Shown here piece by piece: positions 1 through 7,983 of a stretch of DNA of 64,000 nucleotides (position 1 is the first letter of the stretch; the number at the start of each line of letters is the position of its first letter). The notes below the pieces were generated by a model, which worked only from the letters and a program-made list of their open reading frames with translations, was not told the origin of the DNA and made no database searches. The translations under genes and the position numbers were made by a program. Source of the stretch: Chloroflexota bacterium (GTDB lineage: Bacteria > Chloroflexota > UBA11872 > VXOZ01). The stretch is taken from NCBI GenBank assembly GCA_964291655.2, contig OZ219802.1, positions 1,792,001 to 1,856,000 of the forward strand, written 5' to 3'.

Positions 1-1
1 T

Positions 2-205
2 ACTTCCTATCCTGAACTGCGAAGCAACAACAACTTCGCAGCAGTTGTCCAACTATTGAACAAGACTGTCAATGAACGACTTGGAATTGAAAAGGGGGCA
101 AGGGGGGACATTCCGCTCGAATCGCTCGAGTTGGCCCTGTGTGAAATAGATGAAGTCGGTGACGTTGTCCAGGCTGAACTCCTGCAGCGTCTTAAGGGGA
201 CGTGA
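2..205 (+). CDS. 3' end of a gene entering the window (..TSYPELRSNNNFAAVVQLLNKTVNERLG..LQRLKGT*); function not determinable, possibly a helicase C-terminus
   Basis: Open frame from base 2 to TGA at 203-205, followed by TAG and the ATG of the next ORF; helical, protein-like composition. The helicase idea is recollection only. Confidence 0.6.
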   Translation, partial: TSYPELRSNNNFAAVVQLLNKTVNERLGIEKGARGDIPLESLELALCEIDEVGDVVQAELLQRLKGT

Positions 206-208
206 TAG

Positions 209-460
209 ATGGCTAGACTAAAGCGTATCCTTCTGCCTGCATGCTTTGAGACCGCACAGCGGAGACGGCGATGTTCTCGCAATAAGGTCCACAAGATTCT
301 AAGCGGCCACAAGTGTCTGGTTATCAAGCTAGGAATGGCTAAGCAGAACTATTGCATTGACTGCGCTAACCTAATTCTTGAGAAGGCTAGGCAGGAATTG
401 GACTATCTTGCAACAGAATTGGTTCAGCGAGAGCATTCGGAAGATCTCAATGAAGCGTAG
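209..460 (+). CDS. Small Cys/His-rich hypothetical protein (putative Zn-binding) with C-terminal amphipathic helix
   Basis: 83 aa ORF starting 3 nt after the upstream stop; C-x5-H ... YCIDC motif. Confidence 0.65.
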   Translation: MARLKRILLPACFETAQRRRRCSRNKVHKILSGHKCLVIKLGMAKQNYCIDCANLILEKARQELDYLATELVQREHSEDLNEA

Positions 461-733
461 CCGCTTTGCATAAATGCTAATATTGTTCCTAGGAAAAGTC
501 AGACCAAGCAAATATGAGCGAAGGATTGCAGGTGTGTTCGGGTCTGTGGGGGCATGTTTGGCAATTGAATCGGCTAAACTCTCTTGGTTCAGTGCTGATG
601 GCAGCGGTATTTCGCTCTCGACGGTGCTTTGGACACGGTACTCAATCCTCATAACACTGTTCCGCGTGTTTGTTCAGAGGTGTTCTAATTTATGGAATTT
701 GTAGTCGCGTAGCATAGGAGGCATTGGTACCCC

Positions 734-1807
734 ATGCAGGTGCATATTACAGCGCCGATACATGGCGCGGTGCTCAACCGCCACGACGGGCGGCAGGACG
801 ACGACGGTTTGCACATCAGCGTGCAGGGCGTTGTGAGCGAGGCCGATACGGTGACGGTGAACGGTGTGCGGGCGCGGATTGTCGGCGCGACCTTCACGGT
901 GGCATACACCCTGGATGCCCATGAGACGGTGCTCACGGCGGTAGCGGAACGCGGCGGCGAAACGCTCTCCCACGCGGTCACGGTGCTCTGGGACCGCAAC
1001 TCGTTCCCGCGCTATCGCTTTTCGTTGGACGACGACATTTACTTCCTGCGCGATATTGCCTTTGAGCGGCCGAAATCGCTCTTCGACAACTTCTACCTGG
1101 GCTTCATGCGCGACCTGCGCGACAAGTACGGCGCCAAGACCCACATCAACATCTACTACGCCTGCGAGGACTTTGACCTGCGCCAGATGCCGGATACGTA
1201 CAAGTCGGAATGGCGCGATAACGCCGACTGGCTGCAGCTTTCTTTCCACGCCCGCGCCGACAAGCCGCGGGATCCGTATAAGGAAGCGTCGGCGGAGAAG
1301 CTGCTCACGGACTTTCGACAGGTGCGCGACGAGACGCTGCGCTTTGCGGGCGAGGAGAGCTGGTCGCACTTCACCACGATCCACTGGGGCGAGGGCACCC
1401 GCCTGGGCTGCCGCGCGCTGCGCCAGGAAGGCATCTGGGGCCTGGCCGGCTACTTCATTCCGGCTCCCGACCTGCGCGTCAACTACTACCTGGACGCCGC
1501 CACGACCGCGTATCTCAATTCCCACGACTACTGGATGGACTACAGTGAGGATATTCTGTTCGTGACCCACGATCAGGTGATTAATTCCATCAAGACGCCG
1601 GAAGCCGTGGTGGCGCATTTGGAGACCGTGGCGCAAGATCCCCACCGCAGCGAGATCATGGAATTGATGGTCCACGAGCAGTATTTCCGCAAACACCTGC
1701 CAAACTACCAGCCCAACGTGCCGGAAAAAACCGAGGCGGCCATCCGCTGGGCGGCCGATCACGGCTACAGGTCGGTGCTCTACAATGAGGGCTTCCTGGG
1801 GGCGTAG
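734..1807 (+). CDS. Hypothetical protein: N-terminal Ig-like beta domain plus glycoside hydrolase/polysaccharide deacetylase-like domain
   Basis: 357 aa; RBS AGGAGG upstream; motifs RFSLDDD, SFH, IHWGE, MVHEQYF; strong GC3 bias. Confidence 0.65.
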   Translation: MQVHITAPIHGAVLNRHDGRQDDDGLHISVQGVVSEADTVTVNGVRARIVGATFTVAYTLDAHETVLTAVAERGGETLSHAVTVLWDRNSFPRYRFSLDDDIYFLRDIAFERPKSLFDNFYLGFMRDLRDKYGAKTHINIYYACEDFDLRQMPDTYKSEWRDNADWLQLSFHARADKPRDPYKEASAEKLLTDFRQVRDETLRFAGEESWSHFTTIHWGEGTRLGCRALRQEGIWGLAGYFIPAPDLRVNYYLDAATTAYLNSHDYWMDYSEDILFVTHDQVINSIKTPEAVVAHLETVAQDPHRSEIMELMVHEQYFRKHLPNYQPNVPEKTEAAIRWAADHGYRSVLYNEGFLGA

Positions 1808-1895
1808 CCAGCCGCCGCGCAGTTCGGTTGGAGGTTCCGCAGGGGTGCCTTGGGACTTCTTGAATTTCTACTTCCTGGGACCACAGACGCGAAGA

Positions 1896-1918
1896 GGCAC
1901 GATCTATCGTGCCCCTAC
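1896..1918. repeat. GTAG-type REP-like palindrome (partial copy of the 22612-22639 type)
   Basis: GGCACGATCTATCGTGCCCCTAC. Confidence 0.7.
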
Positions 1919-1962
1919 CCAGCGGAGTTGCAAAGATTCGCCCTCACCCCAACCCTCTCCCC

Positions 1963-3227
1963 TGTATAGACCGGGTTGATGGGTAACGCTTGTTCGGGTT
2001 GATAGGTTACACCTATAGGCATGGAGAATCTTGCAGCGGGAGGATGACCATGTCGTGGAAGGTGGAAACGCTTATGTCTGCCCGGGAAGAGTTTATTGCT
2101 CTGGCCAATAGTGGCGCGGTGAGAATGAGCGAATTGTGCGGTCGGTTCAACATCAGCCGCAAGACTGGCTACAAGTGGTTGCGGCGGTACGCGTCGGGGG
2201 GAGCGCAGAGCCTGCGTGACCGTTCGCACCGCACGCACACGTGTCCGCACCGCACGCGCCCGGCGATGGAGGAACGCATCATCGCGCTGCGTCTGGCGCA
2301 TCCTACGAAGGGCGCCCATGTGCTGCGCAGAATGCTGCAGGACCAGGGGCATACCGACGTGCCGGCCAAGAGCACCATCAATGCCATTCTCAAACGCCAT
2401 GGGCTCATCGATCCAGCCCAGAGCGCCAAGCACACGCCCCATGTGCGCTTCGAACGACCCCAGCCCAACGAGCTGTGGCAGATGGACTTCAAGGGACATT
2501 TCGTCATGCAGCAGAACCGCTGTCATCCTCTCACCCTCCTAGACGATCACTCCCGCTTCAACCTCGGGTTACAGGCCTGTGCCAACGAGCGGGGAGAGAC
2601 GGTCCAAGACCGCCTCACCGCTGTCTTTCGCCGCTACGGCTTGCCCCAGGCCATGCTCATGGACAACGGCTCTCCCTGGGGTAACGACAGTGCCCAGCCC
2701 TTCACGCCCCTCACCGTCTGGCTCATGCAGCTGGGCATCAACGTCCTGCACAGCCGACCCTACCATCCCCAGACACTCGGCAAGCTGGAACGCTTCCACC
2801 GCTCCCTCAAGAGCGAACTGCTGGCAGGGACCACCTTTACCGACCTGGACCATTGCCAGCGCGCCTTTGACACCTGGCGCCACTTCTACAACTTGGAACG
2901 CCCACACCATGCCCTCGATCTCGACACTCCCATTACCAGATACACGCCTAGTCCTCGCCCTTTCCCAGAGACCTTGCCTGCCCTCGCCTACGCTCCCGAC
3001 GACCGCGTACGCAGCGTCGATGTCTCCGGCCGCATCTCCTTCCAAGGCAGACGGCTCCGTGTGGGCAGGGCCTTCACGCACAAGCAAGTCGCCCTGCGAC
3101 CCACCCGAACGGACGGTGTCTGGGACGTGTACTTCTCGATCCAAAGAGTAAAAACCATAGACCTCAGAGCACAAAATGTGTAACCTATCTACCCGAACAT
3201 CTGTTACCTATGTCCCCGGTCTGTACA
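1963..3227 (+). mobile_element. IS481-family insertion sequence, copy A (1265 bp, mosaic, no target duplication)
   Basis: Ends TGTATAGACCGGG / CCCGGTCTGTACA with internally repeated TIR motifs; same length as copy C; flanks are inverted rather than direct repeats. Confidence 0.92.
2050..3183 (+). CDS. IS481-family DDE transposase
   Basis: MSWK start after GGGAGG; HTH, WQMDFKG, DNG, HPQTLGKLERFH, YN..RPH motifs. Confidence 0.95.
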   Translation: MSWKVETLMSAREEFIALANSGAVRMSELCGRFNISRKTGYKWLRRYASGGAQSLRDRSHRTHTCPHRTRPAMEERIIALRLAHPTKGAHVLRRMLQDQGHTDVPAKSTINAILKRHGLIDPAQSAKHTPHVRFERPQPNELWQMDFKGHFVMQQNRCHPLTLLDDHSRFNLGLQACANERGETVQDRLTAVFRRYGLPQAMLMDNGSPWGNDSAQPFTPLTVWLMQLGINVLHSRPYHPQTLGKLERFHRSLKSELLAGTTFTDLDHCQRAFDTWRHFYNLERPHHALDLDTPITRYTPSPRPFPETLPALAYAPDDRVRSVDVSGRISFQGRRLRVGRAFTHKQVALRPTRTDGVWDVYFSIQRVKTIDLRAQNV

Positions 3228-3450
3228 GGGGAGAGGGTTGGGGTGAGGGGTCCTATCTGCTTTGTAAATCGTAAAACAGGTACAGTCAATAATATTAGAG
3301 CCAATCCGGTCAAGAAGTTGCACGTGCTCAGAGCAGATTCACCGTCACCCCCGTATCACGTACGGGGCAGGCTCTAACCCTCTCCCGTCAAGGAAGAGGG
3401 AATAATCTCCCTTCCACATGGGTCTTGCAAGGGTCTCCCCCGGGAGAGGG
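3228..3450. repeat. Pair of outward-facing CCCTCTCC hairpin repeats around a ~95-bp core, followed by a GGTCTC-type element end
   Basis: GGGGAGAGGGTTGGGGTGAGGGG (3228-3250); CCGTCACCCC..TAACCCTCTCCC interrupted by CCCCGTATCACGTACGGGG; GGGTCTTGCAAGGGTCTC-CCCCG-GGAGAGGG (3420-3450). Confidence 0.75.
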
Positions 3451-3564
3451 AGTCTCTTTGTCTGCAGGCGTGTGTAGCGCATAGGTCTGACTGGGGGCGA
3501 GTGTGCATTCCTCTCCCGAGCCGGGGCAAGCGTTGGACGGTTCCATCAGGACACCGGACGTTTG

Positions 3565-4476
3565 TTAGCTTAGGCGCTGCGATGGGCCACGGCCGGGGTC
3601 CTCGTCGCTGATAAGAGCGGTGAGCGAGGTGTCGAGAGCTACGGCAATCCTTACCGCCGCGCCGATGGTAATGTTCTGTTTGCCCTTTTCCACCGTACTG
3701 AGGTAGGCGCGGTCGAGCCCCGCCCGCGCAGCCAGTTCCTGCTGGCTCCATCCCCGCTCTTTGCGCAGCCGCTGGACGTGACGCCCCAGCGCACTTAGGT
3801 GGTCCTCTACGGTTTTCGGCTCCTCGCCCACGCTCAAGAGGCTATTCGCAACACTAATCGCTTCCAGAGGATCAGCGGAGATGAGGTCCGCCGGCATCTC
3901 GGCGCGCAAAGCGGAGTCTGACAGACCCACACCGCCAACGAAAACGAACGGCGCATCGTCGAGTGACTTGAGGGTAGCGGCGGCCTCTTTCGCGACGCGC
4001 ATCAGGTCGCGTTGCGAGAGCGAGAGGATAACCAAGTCCGGTTTGCGCTCCCGCACCCATTCCACCAGGTCCTTGGTGGGCGTATTCTGACCCAAGAATG
4101 CAACGTCCCAACCTTCCAAATAGAAGAGATCGGCGATGAGTCGCGCACCCACCGCGTGCATTTCTCCTTCCACGGCCGTAATCACGGCCTCGGCCCCAAC
4201 GCGCTTGCGCCGCCGGGCGACACCCCGAATGTGCGCGCTCTGCTGGAGCGTGATCTGGATGGCAAGGTGTTCGGCGGCGATATTCAATTCGCCGCGGTGC
4301 CAGGCATCCCCTACCTCCGCTAGTGCAGGCGTGATTATCTCGGTATAGATCATGAGTGGGTTGACCCCCCGCTCCATGGCGTCTCTTATCGCATGGAACG
4401 CCTCTTCATGGCTGCCCGACAGCAGGCTCGCGGTGTACCGCTCGCACAGGAGCTCAATGTCTCGTCTAAGTTCCAT
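3565..4476 (-). CDS. Cobalamin-binding (CarH/LitR/AerR-like) protein fused to a C-terminal XRE-family HTH
   Basis: [16 protein letters not shown] cap motif, EGEMHAVG B12 His-ligand motif, FLGQNTP; C-terminal [29 protein letters not shown]; likely ATG at 4476 with GAGG. Confidence 0.88.
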   Translation of the reverse strand: MELRRDIELLCERYTASLLSGSHEEAFHAIRDAMERGVNPLMIYTEIITPALAEVGDAWHRGELNIAAEHLAIQITLQQSAHIRGVARRRKRVGAEAVITAVEGEMHAVGARLIADLFYLEGWDVAFLGQNTPTKDLVEWVRERKPDLVILSLSQRDLMRVAKEAAATLKSLDDAPFVFVGGVGLSDSALRAEMPADLISADPLEAISVANSLLSVGEEPKTVEDHLSALGRHVQRLRKERGWSQQELAARAGLDRAYLSTVEKGKQNITIGAAVRIAVALDTSLTALISDEDPGRGPSQRLS

Positions 4477-4518
4477 CAGCGCCTCAACAAGAATTTTGTG
4501 AAAGTCTGTTGGATATAG

Positions 4519-4547
4519 TTGACATCGTGTTGTGTATATTATATCCT
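4519..4547 (+). promoter_or_regulatory. Sigma70-type promoter for the fasciclin gene
   Basis: TTGACA (4519-4524), 17 nt, TATCCT (4542-4547). Confidence 0.65.
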
Positions 4548-4637
4548 CTATTTGTTGGACATATGCCGCACCCGGGTAAGCGTATGCTAGGCATATCAAG
4601 CAGAATCGTCAAGAGACCTGAGCAGAAGGAGTTCACC

Positions 4638-5210
4638 ATGCTTAGGGAATTAGCTAGGGCTTCCATGCGGAGCGCAGGCGCCTGTCGACGCTACGCGCGC
4701 AAAGTAGGGGTAGTTGCCGTGGCGGGACTTGCCCTGACATTGCTGGCGGCGTGCGGCGCAGATGCAGAATCCCCACCGGCGGCCGCAACGGAATCGCCGC
4801 CGGCCACCATTGTAGACATCGCCGTTGGCGACGGCAGGTTCGAGACCCTCGTAGCCGCCCTCCAGGCAGCAGGCCTCGTGGAGACACTGCAAGGTGAAGG
4901 TCCGTTCACCGTTTTCGCTCCCACGGACGATGCCTTCGCCAAGCTCCCCGAGGGTACGGTGGATGCGCTCCTGAAAGACATCCCCGCCTTGACTGACATT
5001 CTCCTGTACCACGTTGTGTCAGGCAACGTCATGGCCGCCGACGTCGTAAAGCTCGATATGGCGACCACCGTGCAGGGCGGCGCGGTGACTGTTTCGGTTG
5101 ACGGCGACACGGTGCGCATCAACGATGCCCAGGTCGTCATCACCGACATCGAGGCCTCCAACGGCACCATCCACGTGATCGACACCGTCTTGCTGCCGCC
5201 GCAGAACTAA
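4638..5210 (+). CDS. Fasciclin (FAS1) domain lipoprotein
   Basis: RBS AAGGAG; lipobox LAAC; [18 protein letters not shown] and [14 protein letters not shown]1 motifs. Confidence 0.93.
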   Translation: MLRELARASMRSAGACRRYARKVGVVAVAGLALTLLAACGADAESPPAAATESPPATIVDIAVGDGRFETLVAALQAAGLVETLQGEGPFTVFAPTDDAFAKLPEGTVDALLKDIPALTDILLYHVVSGNVMAADVVKLDMATTVQGGAVTVSVDGDTVRINDAQVVITDIEASNGTIHVIDTVLLPPQN

Positions 5211-5362
5211 AGCGTTTCCGGGCGACAGACAGAATGAATATCGCAAACTAGCATTCCGTTCAGGCGACCATGCGATAGGCGCAGACTAGGGCTGCAAATG
5301 CTGGCAACTTTCCACCCAAGCTCTAGTCTGCGTGCAGCGCGACCAACACTTCCCCCATTGGC

Positions 5363-5391
5363 TTGACATTAGAGTGCTCAGTCTTTATGCT
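5363..5391 (+). promoter_or_regulatory. Sigma70-type promoter ~200 nt upstream of the DUF378 gene
   Basis: TTGACA (5363-5368), 17 nt, TATGCT (5386-5391). Confidence 0.7.
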
Positions 5392-5591
5392 ACACAAAGA
5401 GGATAGTATATGCTATTGCTCTGGTTGTCTAGAAGTTTGGAGGAATGGCCCGCTCGCCATTGAGTGATCTACAGCGCTCTCCGAGAGACATCGAATAGCA
5501 GGCGGGCAGCCTCCACGTGCCGACCGCGTCGGCAGAAGGAGGGGAAGTGAGGTCTAGGCAATGAAGTTAGAGAAAGCATCCAAGGAGAAAT

Positions 5592-5810
5592 GTGATGGAA
5601 ACACTACAACTCGCGGCCCTCATCGTAGCTGCAATCGGTGCCATTAACTGGGGCCTGGTTGGCCTCGCGAGGATCGACCTGGTTGCCCTCATCGCTGGCG
5701 GCCTCAAGTTTGGCGAAGTCAACTCCATCTCACGGGTTCTGTACATCGTGGTTGGCCTCGCCGGAGCTCTCGCTATTGTCTTGGAATTCACCGGCGGCAA
5801 TGGCGCGTAG
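5592..5810 (+). CDS. DUF378 (YuzA-like) small membrane protein
   Basis: IGAINWGLVG..DLVA..SRVLYIVVGLAG signature; RBS AAGGAG. Confidence 0.9.
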   Translation: MMETLQLAALIVAAIGAINWGLVGLARIDLVALIAGGLKFGEVNSISRVLYIVVGLAGALAIVLEFTGGNGA

Positions 5811-6156
5811 TGTTCCTGTGAGCATAAGAGATATTCTACCGACCGGGGCCGCACGGTCATCAGCGGCCGGTTGACAGTGCAGACCCTCTGGTGAAGCGAG
5901 GACGCACGACATTTCCTGCGTCCTCGCTTCCATCTTCACACCCATAGAAACCGTTCGCATAGAACTCGCTGAAGCGTTAGCGCGCCCTGCTTCCAGCGGA
6001 GACCCCCGAATCGGGGCACGGCACATTCAATGCGTGGTTCTGACGGACACGCGGGACCGGGCAGAAACGTTTAAGCGTGCCACTCATCCCGGTCCACTCA
6101 CCGAAGAGTCCCCTGCCTAATCCTTGCCGGGGCGGGGAAAGCCCCTTCTCCCGGCG

Positions 6157-6295
6157 GAGACCCTTGCGCAACTCCGTCTCTCCGGCGCAAGCCGGAATCC
6201 AGAGCGCCTTTATAGCTGAAAATAGATTGATGTCAATCCATTTCGCCTCCATCCCAATCTTCCCCCTCAAAGGTGAGGGGTTATGCAAAGGTCTC
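6157..6295. mobile_element. Non-coding mini-element with GAGACC(C/T)TTGC..AAC / GTT..GCAAAGGTCTC ends, inserted in a CCCTCTCC hairpin loop
   Basis: Ends GAGACCCTTGCGCAAC and GTTATGCAAAGGTCTC; CGGCG duplicated at 6152-6156 and 6296-6300; a closely matching empty hairpin lies at 6371-6391. Confidence 0.75.
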
Positions 6296-6370
6296 CGGCG
6301 GGAGAGGGTGAGAGCCTGCCCTGTGCTCAATACAGCGGATCTACACGATACGGGGGTGAGGGGGGGAGTC

Positions 6371-6518
6371 CCCTCTCCCGGCGGGAGAGGGTTAGGGTGA
6401 GGGGGAGATTCCCGCAATCTGGGAGCTATTTCTGCCGTTATCGCACTCTTGCGTATCGGTCTTGTTGGTAAAGAGGACGGGACAAGCAGAAACCCCCTAG
6501 CCTAGCCCTCTCCCACAG
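6371..6518. repeat. Pair of outward-facing CCCTCTCC hairpin repeats with ~87-bp core
   Basis: CCCTCTCCCGGCGGGAGAGGGTTAGGGTGAGGGGG ... CCCCCTAGCCTAGCCCTCTCCC. Confidence 0.75.
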
Positions 6519-6742
6519 GAGACCTTTGCATAACCCCCGCCGCAGCGCGGGTGACCCTTCTCCCTCGACGTGTGAGGGTGAATCTCCTGAATTCTCTCCA
6601 TAGCATACCGACATTTGCTCGGCTACATCTTGACACTGCACCGGTGCAAGGGGCCACTGCAACATAAAGATCCCCTCACCCCGACCCTCTCCCCGGGGAG
6701 AGGGAGGTTTTCTCGCCTACAGGTGAGTTACGCAAAGGTCTC
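6519..6742. mobile_element. Second GAGACC...GGTCTC mini-element, carrying an intact internal hairpin repeat
   Basis: Ends GAGACCTTTGCATAAC and GTTACGCAAAGGTCTC; flanks CACAG/CCCAG (4 of 5 match); internal CCCCTCACCCCGACCCTCTCCCCGGGGAGAGGG. Confidence 0.7.
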
Positions 6743-7043
6743 CCCAGGGAGAGGGAGAATCACCTGTGCGTTACGAGAGTCTCCGCCGGAAGGGGCGAGC
6801 GCCGGCCCGCACTCGATCCGTGGAATTCCTTGAGGGAGGGGGCAATGTTCGCGCCACTGGCACGAGTTACCAAGGCATCACCCATGGGAGGAAAGCGCTT
6901 CAGCTTGGATTCGGCCGTTTGCGACTCAACCGGCGATTCCGGCCGCCCTCACAGCAACAAGGTGCAGGGGAAATAGGCCCAAGTCTCACTTCGCTCCGGC
7001 ACACGAGCTCGCGGCAGCTACCGCCGTCCACACAAGCGGTGTC

Positions 7044-7769
7044 TTAGGTACACTGCCAGGCCGGATCGATATTCACCACGCCGATAATCCAATTTTGCAT
7101 CACCCAGGCGTCGCCTTGGCGCGCAAACGTATAGCTCTGGCCGGGGTAGTTCACGACTTCGCGCGACGTTTGTTCATCATCGCTCGCCGTGCAGCTCAGC
7201 ACAGCGTCGTAAGTCCACACCTCTTGGGTTTCCACGACCACTTCGCTTTCGTCATCGGAAACGCTCTGCAGGGCGCAGGTACTCACCACAGGCACAATCG
7301 TCGTTATACGGACAACGCTATAGGTATCGGTGCTCTTTGCGAGCAGTGACTCGGCTGACGATTGGGCACGCGCGGCCATGGCGCCCCAAGTGGCGCTGAG
7401 TTGCGACGCATTGATCTCGCCCCGCATGAGGGCAGACTGGCTATTGTTTGCCGCGGCAATCGCGGCGCTGAGTTCAGTCGTGCAGGGATCGCCGGCAGCG
7501 AGAGCCGGCAGCGGCGTAACTTCCGCGACCGCCGTCGGCGCCGGCGGCGGGGTAGGAATAGGAACCGGCGTCGGAGTCGCCAGACTCGGGAGGGGGGTTA
7601 CTAAGGGCGTTGGCGTCGGTGGCACTTCTGTCGCCTGCGGCATTGGCGAGGCCTCCACCACTTCTTCGGTACCGGGATCAGTAAGCCGCAATGCCACGAC
7701 CGTGCCTGCAACGACAAGCAGGACAACCACCAGAATGATGAGCATTCGAACCACCCACGACCAACTCAT
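7044..7769 (-). CDS. Membrane-anchored hypothetical protein with Pro/Thr-rich linker and Cys-containing extracellular domain
   Basis: N-terminal TM helix, PTPTP repeats; divergent from nusA. Confidence 0.8.
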   Translation of the reverse strand: MSWSWVVRMLIILVVVLLVVAGTVVALRLTDPGTEEVVEASPMPQATEVPPTPTPLVTPLPSLATPTPVPIPTPPPAPTAVAEVTPLPALAAGDPCTTELSAAIAAANNSQSALMRGEINASQLSATWGAMAARAQSSAESLLAKSTDTYSVVRITTIVPVVSTCALQSVSDDESEVVVETQEVWTYDAVLSCTASDDEQTSREVVNYPGQSYTFARQGDAWVMQNWIIGVVNIDPAWQCT

Positions 7770-7860
7770 ATTCACACTCCTATACGCTACTGCTTGGCTT
7801 TATACTACCCTTAATCCGCGCACAATGCACGTCAAGGACACCGACACTATGAGAGCAAGG

Positions 7861-7926
7861 TGCTATAATGAAGGTGTTTGCGGAAGTGGGCAAGGCCCAC
7901 TCGGAAGTGGGGATATCCCACTTTTC
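7861..7926 (+). promoter_or_regulatory. Extended -10 promoter and tandem leader hairpins of the nusA operon
   Basis: TGcTATAAT at 7861-7869; AGTGGG-CAAGG-CCCACT and AAGTGGG-GATAT-CCCACTT-TTC. Confidence 0.65.
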
Positions 7927-7983
7927 TTAATTTGCTGGCGGTTGCCTCAGGAGGTTGCCGGCAGGACTGGGAAGGTATCGCGC

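Noticed and set aside
371-652. 93-aa minus-strand ORF as a gene
   Set aside because: It overlaps the better-supported 209-460 ORF by 90 nt and has no recognisable motif; it cannot be excluded but is unsupported.
5398-5591. Cobalamin riboswitch near the B12-binding regulator
   Set aside because: No B12-box or GGGAA..GGTG core was recognisable; the region is kept only as an unassigned structured RNA candidate.
5977-6833. Short ORFs such as PHPNPLPPGEG- or LCKGL-containing peptides
   Set aside because: They are translations of the hairpin repeats and element ends, not genes.
7330-7983. Long N-terminal extension of NusA (611-aa ORF)
   Set aside because: It is the antisense of the 7044-7769 gene plus the promoter region; NusA homology starts at MKSDF (7984).
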